Part shown: positions 53,870 to 64,000 of the stretch, in pieces
Layout: the number at the start of each line of letters is the position of its first letter
Numbering within the stretch: position 1 is the first letter of the stretch
DNA from: Hypanus sabinus
Lineage: Eukaryota
DNA length: 64,000 bases
Assembly: GCF_030144855.1 (NCBI RefSeq)
Contig: NW_026781435.1
Location: forward strand, 1 to 64,000
Direction of reading: 5' to 3'
The notes under the pieces: model-generated
Told to the model about the DNA's origin: nothing
Database searches by the model: none
The model's input: only the letters and a program-made list of their open reading frames with translations
Translations under genes and position numbers: made by a program

Positions 53870-54632
53870 TGGCTGGATGGCAGATGCCAGAGTACTGGTG
53901 GATAACTGTTTGTCCGACTGCAGGCCGGTGACTAGTGCAGTGCCTCAGGGATCTGTATTGGGACCAATTTTGCTTGCCTTATCAATTAATGATCTGGTTG
54001 ATTGGGTGGTACTTTGGATTAGTAAGTATGCAGATGATGCGAAGATAGGTGGCGTTGTAGATAATGAAGTAGGGTCTAAAGCTTGCAGAGAGATTTAGGC
54101 CAGTTAGAAAAGTGCGCTGAAAGATGACAGATGGATTTTAATGCTGACAAGAGTGAGGTGCTACATTTTGGTACGAATAATCCAAATAGGACAGACATTG
54201 TAATTAGTAGGGGATTGAAGAATGCGGTCGAACAGAGTGATCTATGAATAATGGTGCATAGTTCAATGAAGGTGGAATCTCATCTGGATAGGTTAGTGCA
54301 GAAAGATTTGGTATGCTGGCCTTTATAAATCAGATCATTGAGAACAGGGTATGGGATGTAATGTTAAAATTGTACAGGGAATTGGTGAGGCCAAATTTGG
54401 AGCATTGTGTACAGTTCTGGTCATCGAATTATCAGAAAGATGTCAACGATATGGAGAGAGTACAGAGTTGAGGGAGGATTGATAGAGGTATTTCAAATTA
54501 TGCGGGGGATTGACGGAGTTGACATCGATAGGCTTTTTCCACTGACAGTTTGAGAATTTCAAACAACAGAACATGAGTCGAGAGATACAATGCGAAAGAA
54601 CAGGGGTAACACGAGGGGGGATTACATTACAC
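53870..54632 (+). mobile_element. CR1 RT/3' fragment
   Basis: VTSAVPQGSVLGP and ISKYADDAK. Confidence 0.85.
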
Positions 54633-57600
54633 TGTTACGTACGCCGTAACTGGGTTCATAGACCTGCAGAAATAGAAGAATCCGTTGAAGTCTGGTGGTA
54701 CCGAAAAATAGTGTTTATTAGTAAACTATACAATACAATATCAAAAATGCAAATATACATATAAAACAGGTTAGGAATAATAAACATAGAAGTGTAGGAA
54801 TAATAATGACAATAATAAACAAGCTGTATCAAAGTCTAGGGGTAAATGAATTGTCATAAGAGAATTTAGAGTTCAGTTCAATTCATGTGTGCTGAGGTAG
54901 TTATGGTGTGTTGCAATCGTTGGAGAGAGAGAGAGAGCGAACAAGAGATTGAGCAGCTGCAGCCAGCAATCCTTCTGTTGTATTCTGATTCCGTTGTACC
55001 GTTGTGGTCACTTGGGTCTGACCCTCCGTTCTCGGCCAGACCGTTCTTCTGTGGCGGACTCGTCACTCTGGCATGAGTGGACACACACACAAGTCCCCAC
55101 GGGCCCTGCCAACACACTGTGAGCTTCGTTGACCGATCTCCTGATTTGCTCCTCGGAGCCCCCACCTTCCTATGGGCGTACAACACTCGGTCTGTGTCCA
55201 CTCGTGTGTCTGAGAGTTGTCTCCCCACACCTGTCTTTTATCCCCACTGATGGGGTATCAGCCATCCATCAACTCAAAATGACCATGTCTATCATTTCAG
55301 GCCACTCCTGCTGTCTCCTTAGGAATGTTAACGAGCAAAGTAACGGCCTTGCTGCGAAAGGTAAGAAATCCAGGAAAGCATCNNNNNNNNNNNNNNNNNN
55401 NNNNNNNNNNNNNNNNNNNNNNNNNNNNNNNNNNNNNNNNNNNNNNNNNNNNNNNNNNNNNNNNNNNNNNNNNNNNNNNNNNNNNNNNNNNNNNNNNNNN
55501 NNNNNNNNNNNTTCCTGCCTCTGTGCTTCATCTCTCTCTCTCTCAGTAGCAGCATAGCTCAGAGATCTCAAGGGGGGTGGGGATGGTGAAATGGTTAACT
55601 CATCGTCCCATTTCCATCAGGTCTGATCAGCACTCCCATCACCCCCACCCATCAAGGAATTTTCACCAGGGTGAAAATTAACTAGTAAAGCACACTACAA
55701 AATCTAATATAATACAAAAGCGGTCTTCAACAACAAGGATATTCCAGATATTAACACCTGGATAAAGAATCCGCAATTACATTGTCACTCCCCTTTACAT
55801 GTTGCATTTTAATATCGAATTCCTTTAACAACAGAAAACAACTTAATAACCGTCTAATTTTATTCATCTTGCGAGCCAAAAATACCAAGGGATTGTGTTC
55901 TTAGCTTAGGTGTACATTACAAAGTGTGTACCAATGCATGACTGATTATAATGTAGTACATTACAGAAGTTTGCGCAAATGCTAATCTCTTATTTTACTT
56001 TTAAACTTAACATTCAGTCAATCTACTATCATATTATCTTTATTTTTCACATGCTTCGTCAAAAAAAAGTCAAATTCCCGCAAAACCAGATCCTGTTATT
56101 CATCGTGGCATTTGGTCAACCCATGCCTCTTGTCGACTTAACACTCATGTGGTTTGCCTCGTCTGCTAACCCAGCAGAGCCCCTCAAGGTAGCGGCATCC
56201 TTTTCATCTAGGACTACCCTTATATCATCGAGAACACATGCAACTTCTTCAACTACAACTGGATCTTTCAAGCTCCATTGTCCAAACCTGGACCTTCTAA
56301 CTGCCACATCTGTTTCTCACCTTGGCTTTGAGCCTCCATAACCACCTTCCTCACTCCAAAATGTTCACCTAGGGGTATCTTATGGGCAAGATTCAAAATT
56401 CCGTTCCTTGACAACACTAAATCTGCTTCCTCTCCCTTTCTTTCCGTAGCTCCACTACCCTCCCCTTTACCATCCTCTAAACCTTCCTGGTACAGGATCG
56501 GTAAAAACGTCTCTGCTAGCTAAACACTGGACTAATTTAAACTGGTTCCTGTCTCAGCCGGCTTTCTTGACATGCTTTGAGTTATTGCGCATGCGGGATA
56601 AATCTTGGAATCGATGGGCGGGTACACAGCACTTACAGGCTTGCTTGTCAGCTTCACTTCTGATTACACATCCCCAGTCTCTCTCCAGGACAGCACTGGA
56701 AAAGGGGTTTCTCCCTCCTTCACAGACACCATGCATTCCAAAATAAACCCCTCACGCAACTCTTGGGCTATATCTAACCTGGCCTTCATCATCAGTCTGT
56801 TGACCGGCTGAATGCAACCAGTCGGATTTGCCTTCTTTCACTTTCCTGCTTCCTTCTTCGGAGCAAAGCACTTAGATGTTAAGTGGACAGATATCCCACA
56901 CTCATAACTAGCAAAGTATGGAACCTTCTTGCCAGTCTTCTTTTTCTCCACCTTGCCTTTTCCGGTAGACACCGGCTTTTCAGATTTAGCCGGCGGGCTC
57001 TCTCTACCGTCCCTAATGCCTCTCTGGTAGCACTTACTTGGGGGAAATTTTGTCTTGTGGGTTAAGGCATACTCGTCTGCTAACTTGGCAGACGCAGAAA
57101 GAGTCTCTGTCTCCTTGTCATCCAAGTACGTCTTCATATCTTCAGGGATACAACCTTTGAACTGCTCAATCAGAATGAACTGTAGCAGTTTGGCATAATC
57201 CCTTTTGAGGCGCACCAACGCTCACAATACTTTTGCATCTCACGGGCGAACTCTAAATACGTGTGGTTCCACGGCTTTCTCAAATTCCGGAACTTCTGCC
57301 GGTATGCTTCTGGCACCAACTCGTAACTCCTCAATATAGCCCTTTTTACTTCATCATAATATTTAGACTCATCCATAGACAATGCCGAATAGGCTTGCTG
57401 AGCCTTCGCCCTAAGTACACTCAGTAACAGAACATCCCATTTCCCGTTAGGTCAGTTCTGATACAAAGCCACTTTCTCAAAATGGAGGAAGTACCTATCG
57501 ACATCCATCTCTTCGAATGGGAGTACCAACTTAACCTCCTGACTAATCCTGAACCACTTGTTTGAGGCTAAAGCCTGGCCTACTCCCTGCAATGCATTTA

Positions 57601-59086
57601 ACTTCGCTTTTTCCAGCTCAAACCGCCTCTCTTCCCGTTCCTTCTCGGCCTCCAGTTGCAGCTTCCTTACTCGAAGATCATGCTCCCTCTTCACCCTGTT
57701 CTTTTCCTCATCCCTTTCCTCTCTCTACCTTTCAGCCTCTTCCTTCTCCCTTTCTCTCTCTGCCTCCAGCTGCCTTATCCGGAATTCATGCTCCCTCTTC
57801 TTTTCCTCCACAGCCAATCTTAATTTTCCCATCTGTAACTGAAGCTCACTCTCGGTTGGTTTCCACTCAGGGAACAGTTACAATGCCCCCGACGGGTACA
57901 CACATTGGGATACATAATACACAGCTATTGTTCTCTGTATTTCCAACTTTCTCATCGCCGGTTTCACCACCGAGAGATTCAATCATTTCGCAACACTCAA
58001 TTCCATCTTTCTGGCATCCTCTAATGCCCCCGTAGTTGGTTCCTTTAAAAATTTGTCAATATCAATTTCTTATGCACACAACCAGATCAGATAAGGGGCT
58101 TCTATCCCGATTCACCAGCCGCCCAATTTGGTATTCAAGTCCAGAGACGAGGCCCCAATTAATTACGTAACCCGCAGCTAGGTTTCCAGACCAGTAGAAA
58201 TAAAAGAATCCTTTGGAGTCTGGTGGTACCGAAAATCAAAGGTGTTTATTAGTAAACTACACAATACAATATCAAAACTGCAAATAGGCCTATAAAATAG
58301 GTTAGCAGTAATAAACATCGAAGTGTAGGAATAATCAATAATAATAAGCTCTGTCAATGTCTCGGGTAAATGAATTGTCATAGAAGAATATAACGATCAG
58401 TTCAGTTCATTTGTGCTGAGGTAGTTATGATTCTGTTGCAATTTCTGGAGAGAGAGAGAGAGAGCAAGAGATTGAGCAGCTTCAACTCGCAAACCTTCTG
58501 TTCTATTCTGATTCCGTCGTACCGTTGTGGTCACTGCGTTATGACTCCTCCGTTCTCGGCCAGACCGTTCTTCTGTGGTGGACTCGTCCATATGGCATGA
58601 GTGGGCACACACACAAGTCCCCACCGGCCCTGCCGTCACACTGTGTGCTTTATTGACCGATCTCCTGATTCGGTGCTCGAAGCACCCAACTGCTTGTGGG
58701 TGCATAGCACTCGGTCAGTGTCCACTGTTGCTTCTGAGGAGTGCCTCCCCACACCTGTCTTTTATCCCCACTGATGGGTTATCAGCCATCCATCAACTCA
58801 AAATGACCATGTCCATCAAATCAGGCCACTCCTGCTGTCTCCTTGGGAATTTTAAGGAGCAAAGTAACGTCCTTGAGGCGAAAGGTAAACAAGCCAGGAA
58901 AAAGCTATAATACATAAATCAAATGTCTCTCACTTTCTCATCTGTAGCAGATGTCCCTGCCTCTGTGCCTCATCTCTCTCGCTCTCTCAGTATCAGCATA
59001 GTTCCTTGTTCTCAAGGTTGAGGGGGGATGGTGAAATGGTTAACTCTTCGCTCCATTTCCATCAGGTCTGTCCAGCACTCATAACA
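54633..59086 (-). mobile_element. Internally deleted Gmr1-like gypsy element (gag and protease kept; integrase and RT lost)
   Basis: LTRs 54633-55641 and 58161-59086. PBS-like TGGGGCCTCGTCTCTGG at about 58141-58157 and PPT near 55642-55650. Gag has SCAN-like EQFKGCIPEDMKTYL and a degenerate zinc knuckle (SYECGISVHLTSKC). WRETG protease remnant near 56680 and an RNase H tail near 56030-56090. Confidence 0.88.
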
Positions 59087-61030
59087 TTATTATTTAAGGC
59101 ACTGAGTTCAAACGTCAAGAGCATCTGTTGAAACTTTACAGAAACCTCGCCAGACAGCATTTTGAGAACTACAGAGAGTTCTGGTCGCCCCACTACAGGA
59201 AGAAAGCTGAAGAGGGAAAAGGATTCAGAAGTGGTTCACCCGTCAGCATGCTGTTAATTGTGCCCCTGTAGAACGTTGCTAGAATTTGGGGGCACATACA
59301 AAACTTCCGCATCCTTCTGAGGATCGGAGATTTCTTGGGGTCTGAGGCCAAAGGACGCTCAACGGTGCTGTGCAGGTTAACTCTGTGCTTAAGAAGGCCT
59401 TCACCAATCGTGGGATTGAGTTTAACAGCCGAGGGGTAATGATGCAGATATATAGGAATCTGGTCAGACCCCACTTGGAGTATTGTGCTCAATTCTGGTC
59501 GCCTCACTACAGGAAGGGCGTGAAAACCATAGTAAGGTTGCAGAAGGGATTCACAAAGATGTTGCCTGGATTGGAGAGCATGCCTTATGAGAATAGGTTG
59601 AGTGAACTCGGCTTTTACTCCTTGGTGCGACGTATTTGGGAGCTGACCTGATAGAGGAGTATAACATGATGAGAGTTATTGATTGCATGGCTAGTCGGAG
59701 GTTTTCTTTTTTTCCCAGAGCTAAATTGGGTAATACAATGACTACACAGTTTTAAAGTGTTTGCAAGGAGGTACAGAAAAGATTTCAGTAGATGTCCTTA
59801 CTTTCCCGACCTATGTCGGTGGTGCCAACTTATACCGAGACATCTGGCTCCTCATCCAGAGTGATGTGGGCCCGACTCGAGACATCCCTGACGATGCATC
59901 CTGGGAATAACATACCGTCCGGGTGTCTCTTCAGTTCCACGGAATCTCGTGCCTACTCCTCTGACTATGGGAAATTGCTGGAGAAGATTCTTAGGGATAG
60001 GATGTGTGAGCATTTGGAAAACCGTGGCCAAATCAGGGTGAGCCGACATATCTCTGAACGTGGCAGGTCGTGCCTTACCAGCTTGATTTGAGGATTCTTG
60101 CCAGGTTGATGAGAGAGATTGGTGAGAGCAGGGCAGTAAATGTTGTCTACTTGGATTTTAGAGAGACGTTTGTCCAGGTCCCTAATGGGACGTTAATCAA
60201 GCAGATTGATATGCATGGGATTCGCGATGATATCGCTTTTTGGTTTCAGAACTGGCTTGTGCGGAGAAGACCGAAGGGAGTTGTTGAAGGGACTTATACG
60301 AGCTGGAGATCTTTCATCAGTGATGTTCCACAGGGATCAGAGAAATTGCAGATGGTGCTTATTTCAGAAAAAAAACGTTAGGTGTTTGACTTTGGTAGGG
60401 CAAATGCAAATATAATGTTACCCTAACAAATGTCTTTTAACACTGAGATGCTGGGGTACAAGCTCATAGATCATTAAAAGTGGCTGTGCATGTCTATATA
60501 ATGGTTAAGAAGCATTATGGAGTGCCTGTTATTATTAGTCAAGGCAGTGACTTCAGACATCAGGAGGTTATTTTGCAACCTTTTTCGACATCTCGTTAGT
60601 CTGCTTCTTGAGAATTGCAAAGAGCTATGGTCAGCGCAATACAGGAAGAAATCTGAAGAGTGGAAAGGGTTCTGAGGAGATTCACCAGGAAGCTGACAGC
60701 TTCAGAGGGCATGTGCAATCATGCAAAGCTGGAGAATCTTGGTAGTTTTCGCAGGAGCAGCGGAGGCAGAGGGCAGATCTGATAGAACATAAGAACACAC
60801 GATATAGGAGCAGAAATAGCACGTTTGGCCCATTAGTCTGCTCCGTCATTCAAGCATGGGCTCATCGAATTCTTCCATTCATCCCCACTCCTCTGCCTTC
60901 TCCCATTAACCTTTGATACCTGCCTAATCACCAACCTATCTATCTCTGCCTTAAATGCATTCAACGACTTGGCCTCTACATCCGCTCGTGCCAAAAATTC
61001 TGTAGATTTACCTCTTTCCGACTAAAGTAA
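59087..61030 (+). mobile_element. Scrambled CR1 fragments
   Basis: LVRPHLEYCAQFWSP, GRSCLTSLI and VYLDFRETF remnants in non-colinear order. Confidence 0.7.
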
Positions 61031-61782
61031 TTTCTCCCCCACTCAGTTCTAAAATTTTTTCCGTCAAGTCTTGTATTATATTATGTGCTATCGTATTGTT
61101 TTTCATAACCATTATCCTTATGAATTCTGTATTCGTGAATGTGAAATTTAATAAAAATATTTGGTCAAGTTTCGTTTCTCAGTGTTTTTGATTTGCTTTT
61201 TAGCGGGTGAGTCTCAGCGTTGTGGGCCGAAGTTCCTGTTCCTGTGCTGTACGTTCCTACATGAAGCGGTAAATTACATTGTGAAAATCGGAAACCGTTA
61301 GTTTTTCCGCAAAAATACAGATGCAACACACGCAGCTTAATTCCGTAGTTGTAAGTATTCGGCGCGAGGTTGCACCTGTGCTTCGCAGTTTTTGAGCGAA
61401 AGGAGAGACTCGTCGGAGCTTCCGCAAAAGAATCATGTCGCCCCGATGTTGGCACTCATCGCAGAAATGTAGAACATTTACCAGAAGGATACGAGGCAGA
61501 GTGTGTTCGGACATTTCCGTGAGACTTTTCCTGCTCTCAATCTTATGGAATACAAATAGGAGAACTGATGAGCCCAGGCAAAGCTGGTGATGTCGCTCCA
61601 GATGAACAACGAGTTTGTTTCTTCAGTTCTAATACAAGGGCAGTGCACNNNNNNNNNNNNNNNNNNNNNNNNNNNNNNNNNNNNNNNNNNNNNNNNNNNN
61701 NNNNNNNNNNNNNNNNNNNNNNNNNNNNNNNNNNNNNNNNNNNNNNNNNNNNNNNNNNNNNNNNNNNNNNNNNNNNNNNNNN

Positions 61783-61915
61783 CAGTCAGACAGATAGACG
61801 GACAGAAAGATTAGATAGAAAGACATAGAAGCAGAAAGACAGATAGAAAGATAAACCGATGGAAAGATAGATAGACAGACGGACAGATAGATAAGGTAGA
61901 CAAATGGATAATTAG
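61783..61915. repeat. Degenerate (GATA/GACA)n microsatellite; a second one at about 62675-62815
   Basis: Imperfect tetranucleotide repeats next to N gaps. Confidence 0.85.
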
Positions 61916-62132
61916 ATTTCTACATCTACAGTAGCTGACATTATACTGTTAATGGGTTACAAAGCGTCAATTAAGTCGCTACGGAGTCCACTGGGACAAT
62001 TTGGCTGCCAGAAATTTCCAGAGTCAAGGATTCCTCTGAATGTACCACGGTTATGAAACTGTTGCCACTGACGAGATGAGGAGAGATGGGAGGAAAGTGT
62101 GGGAAAGGGACTTGGCGGTTATGTTTGGCGAT

Positions 62133-62171
62133 AGGTATTGCAGTATATGTCAGGCTGCAGGCACTGCTGTG
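62133..62171 (-). other. Recombination signal sequence with 23-bp spacer
   Basis: Heptamer CACAGCA (62171-62165) follows ...TGC GCA AGG GAC CGC AC. Spacer is exactly 23 nt. Nonamer GCAATACCT (62141-62133) matches ACAAAAACC at 5/9. Confidence 0.75.
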
Positions 62172-62469
62172 GTGCGGTCCCTTGCGCAGAAATACACAGC
62201 CGTGTCCCCGGGGAGCAGCCCAGTCAGGTTAAGATGGTAGGAATCGTCTGACCCCCTGACTGCTGACAGTCTGTTCCTGAATCCTTCGGATATCTCCGGG
62301 GCGTTATTCCTATAGGCGGTGATCAGGAGCTCCAGCTCCTGGTTGGGAGCCTGTCGATACCAATCGGTCCTGGGGTGGGTATGTGGCACAAAGCAGGATA
62401 TCATCACCGAGTCCCGTTCGTGTACGGCGAGGAATCGGAGTTTTTGAAGAACTAATTCACTGTGTGCCC
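62172..62469 (-). CDS. T-cell-receptor-type V exon (best fit V-beta), open reading frame
   Basis: TTTCTAG acceptor, then G-AHS|ELVLQ...SVMISC-FVPHTHPRTD-WYRQAPNQELELL...NRLSAVRGSDDSYHLNLTGLLPGDTAVYFCAR. Canonical Cys, Trp and YxC. The 10-residue Cys-to-Trp spacing and the RLSA-type FR3 resemble V-beta. Confidence is high for an antigen-receptor V and moderate for beta. Confidence 0.8.
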
Positions 62470-63170
62470 CTAGAAATGTTAAAATTAACAATCAAAATGA
62501 ATTCCNNNNNNNNNNNNNNNNNNNNNNNNNNNNNNNNNNNNNNNNNNNNNNNNNNNNNNNNNNNNNNNNNNNNNNNNNNNNNNNNNNNNNNNNNNNNNNN
62601 NNNNNNNNNNNNNNNNNNNNNNNNNNNNNNNNNNNNNNNNNNNNNNNNNNNNNNNNNNNNNNNNNNNNNNNNNNAACAGAAAGATACATATATACATACT
62701 TAAATACATCGATCGCCAGAGCGACACGGATAGATAGACAGATAGATGAATATACTGGCGAGCACTTCGATGAGGAGACAGACAAACAGACACGAAGATA
62801 GATAAAGATATTTAGAACATAAACCCCTGCGCAGGCGCACTAAGAGATAAACGGAAGGTGGAAGTAAATGGAGACGGACAGATGAACATACCGGCGGAAA
62901 GAAGGATGACAGAGGAAGGGCTGCCGGTGGAAACGGTTAAAAATAAAGAGAGAAAGTTATAGAGCTGAGCGAAGTTATGCAATTGCAAGCGATGAGTGAA
63001 CATGGAAAACCGGTAGGGACAGATAAACTGGATGAGAGAAAAGAGAAGAAATTGGCGATAGAATATATAAAAACATAAGGACGGAAAGCTCAGAGCGATA
63101 GTGAGTGACCGTGAGAAAGTTAAAGTGCAGAAACGTGAATGAAAACAGCTCCGCTTCATGAAACACTCAT

Positions 63171-63207
63171 CATGAATTAAAGCCATCATCCCCAGTATGA
63201 GAAACAT
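63171..63207 (-). pseudogene. Leader exon of the V gene with a non-canonical donor (AT instead of GT)
   Basis: ATG TTT CTC ATA CTG GGG ATG ATG GCT TTA ATT CAT G|ATGAGT. Phase 1, and joining to the V exon gives the signal peptide MFLILGMMALIHGAHS. Confidence 0.75.
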
Positions 63208-63269
63208 GAATATCTGGATGTTTCCCACTTACTATTGATAGCGGCGAGGAGGGGAACGGGCCTTCAAAC

Positions 63270-63415
63270 TAGTTTATATTGCCCGGCCGACTATACACCA
63301 GGATTCAGTATACACGCCCCCTCTCGATGATTGACGGGTCATCCTGCGCTGCTGCATCAAGTAGTTCCGCCCAAAATCTCTCATTGGTAGAGGTAATCAA
63401 ACTCCGCCCACAACC
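63270..63415 (-). promoter_or_regulatory. Putative V-gene promoter
   Basis: Minus-strand TATAAA about 70 nt upstream of the ATG, with GC boxes (GGGGCGTG, GGGCGG twice) and CCAAT further upstream. Confidence 0.5.
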
Positions 63416-64000
63416 AGTAGGTGGTGAAAGGGGGTGTATTCGGCACAGAGATAACAACCCCATCTCGTAAAAGCTTTGTGTGAAATAAAAATTAGAAGAT
63501 TGATTGTTGAAGGTCATACAGGGTTGGACAATGAGGAGTCTGGTAGGTGAGGACAGAAGAAAGTAAAGGGGGAGGAGCACCAGAGGGAGGTGAACGGAGG
63601 GATGGTCAGAGAGAAATGAGAATTGTGATAGTGGGGCCAAGTTAGGCTTCATGATTCCTTCACTTGAACTGATATTAGTACGTTTCGATGGGCAGAATGG
63701 ACTGCCGTTTCCCGCTCGGGGTACAGTCTCTTATGAATTCTGTGTGGCAACAGCGCCCTCTTACGCACAAATTCTGAACGGAAATGCACTTGAGAACGTG
63801 GTTCATTGGTTGATTCTTTTATTCACCATTTTACCATGGTTTATTTTCATATCGGTCCGGAAAAAATATTAAACACTGAACAAGCAAGAACAACTTAATG
63901 GATTCCACAGAAACGTATCGTACACAAATCATGTCCATCAATCTAAAGGTCGTAGATCTGCGTTGAAGCTGAGTGGTGTTGATGGGACTTCAAAATAATC

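Noticed and set aside
61470-61514. Possible second leader exon (MSEHTLPRILL followed by GTAAAT, minus strand)
   Set aside because: Poorly hydrophobic, phase 0 rather than phase 1, and no V exon downstream.
62150-62491. Immunoglobulin heavy-chain or IgNAR V (because of the YFCAR ending)
   Set aside because: It has WYRQ with only 10 residues between Cys and Trp, no LEW motif and a TCR-like FR3. No closely linked D-J-C was seen, unlike shark IgH miniloci. Not formally excluded without a phylogeny.
62812-63228. 138-aa hydrophobic ORF as a membrane protein
   Set aside because: It is the V leader read through the mutated donor into a pyrimidine-rich intron. The F/L/S richness is compositional.

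Overview
Repeat-rich vertebrate genomic DNA with four N-gaps. The CR1/LTR repeat families, the GPCR family and the V gene suggest a cartilaginous fish, possibly a ray (inference). Most of the window is CR1 and Rex/Babar LINEs and Ty3/gypsy elements, including two Gmr1-like elements; the more complete one shows the protease-integrase-RT order. The non-repeat scaffold is a tandem array of two-exon GPR139-like class A GPCR units. One gene is intact (exon 1 44961-45132, exon 2 49193-50118, 365 aa). A second was split by a 5,489-bp inversion with base-precise breakpoints (27325-32813): its exon 1 at 17520-17664 is intact and its exon 2 is now inverted and decayed at 31544-32393. There is also a TM5-TM7 fragment (27325-27808) and five copies of the shared 3' flank, one of which predicts another paralog just upstream of base 1. 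At the right end is a T-cell-receptor-type V gene (best fit V-beta) on the minus strand. It has an open V exon and a 23-bp-spacer RSS, but its leader splice donor reads AT instead of GT, and no D, J or C segment was seen. All alignments and identities were judged by eye; no database search was run.
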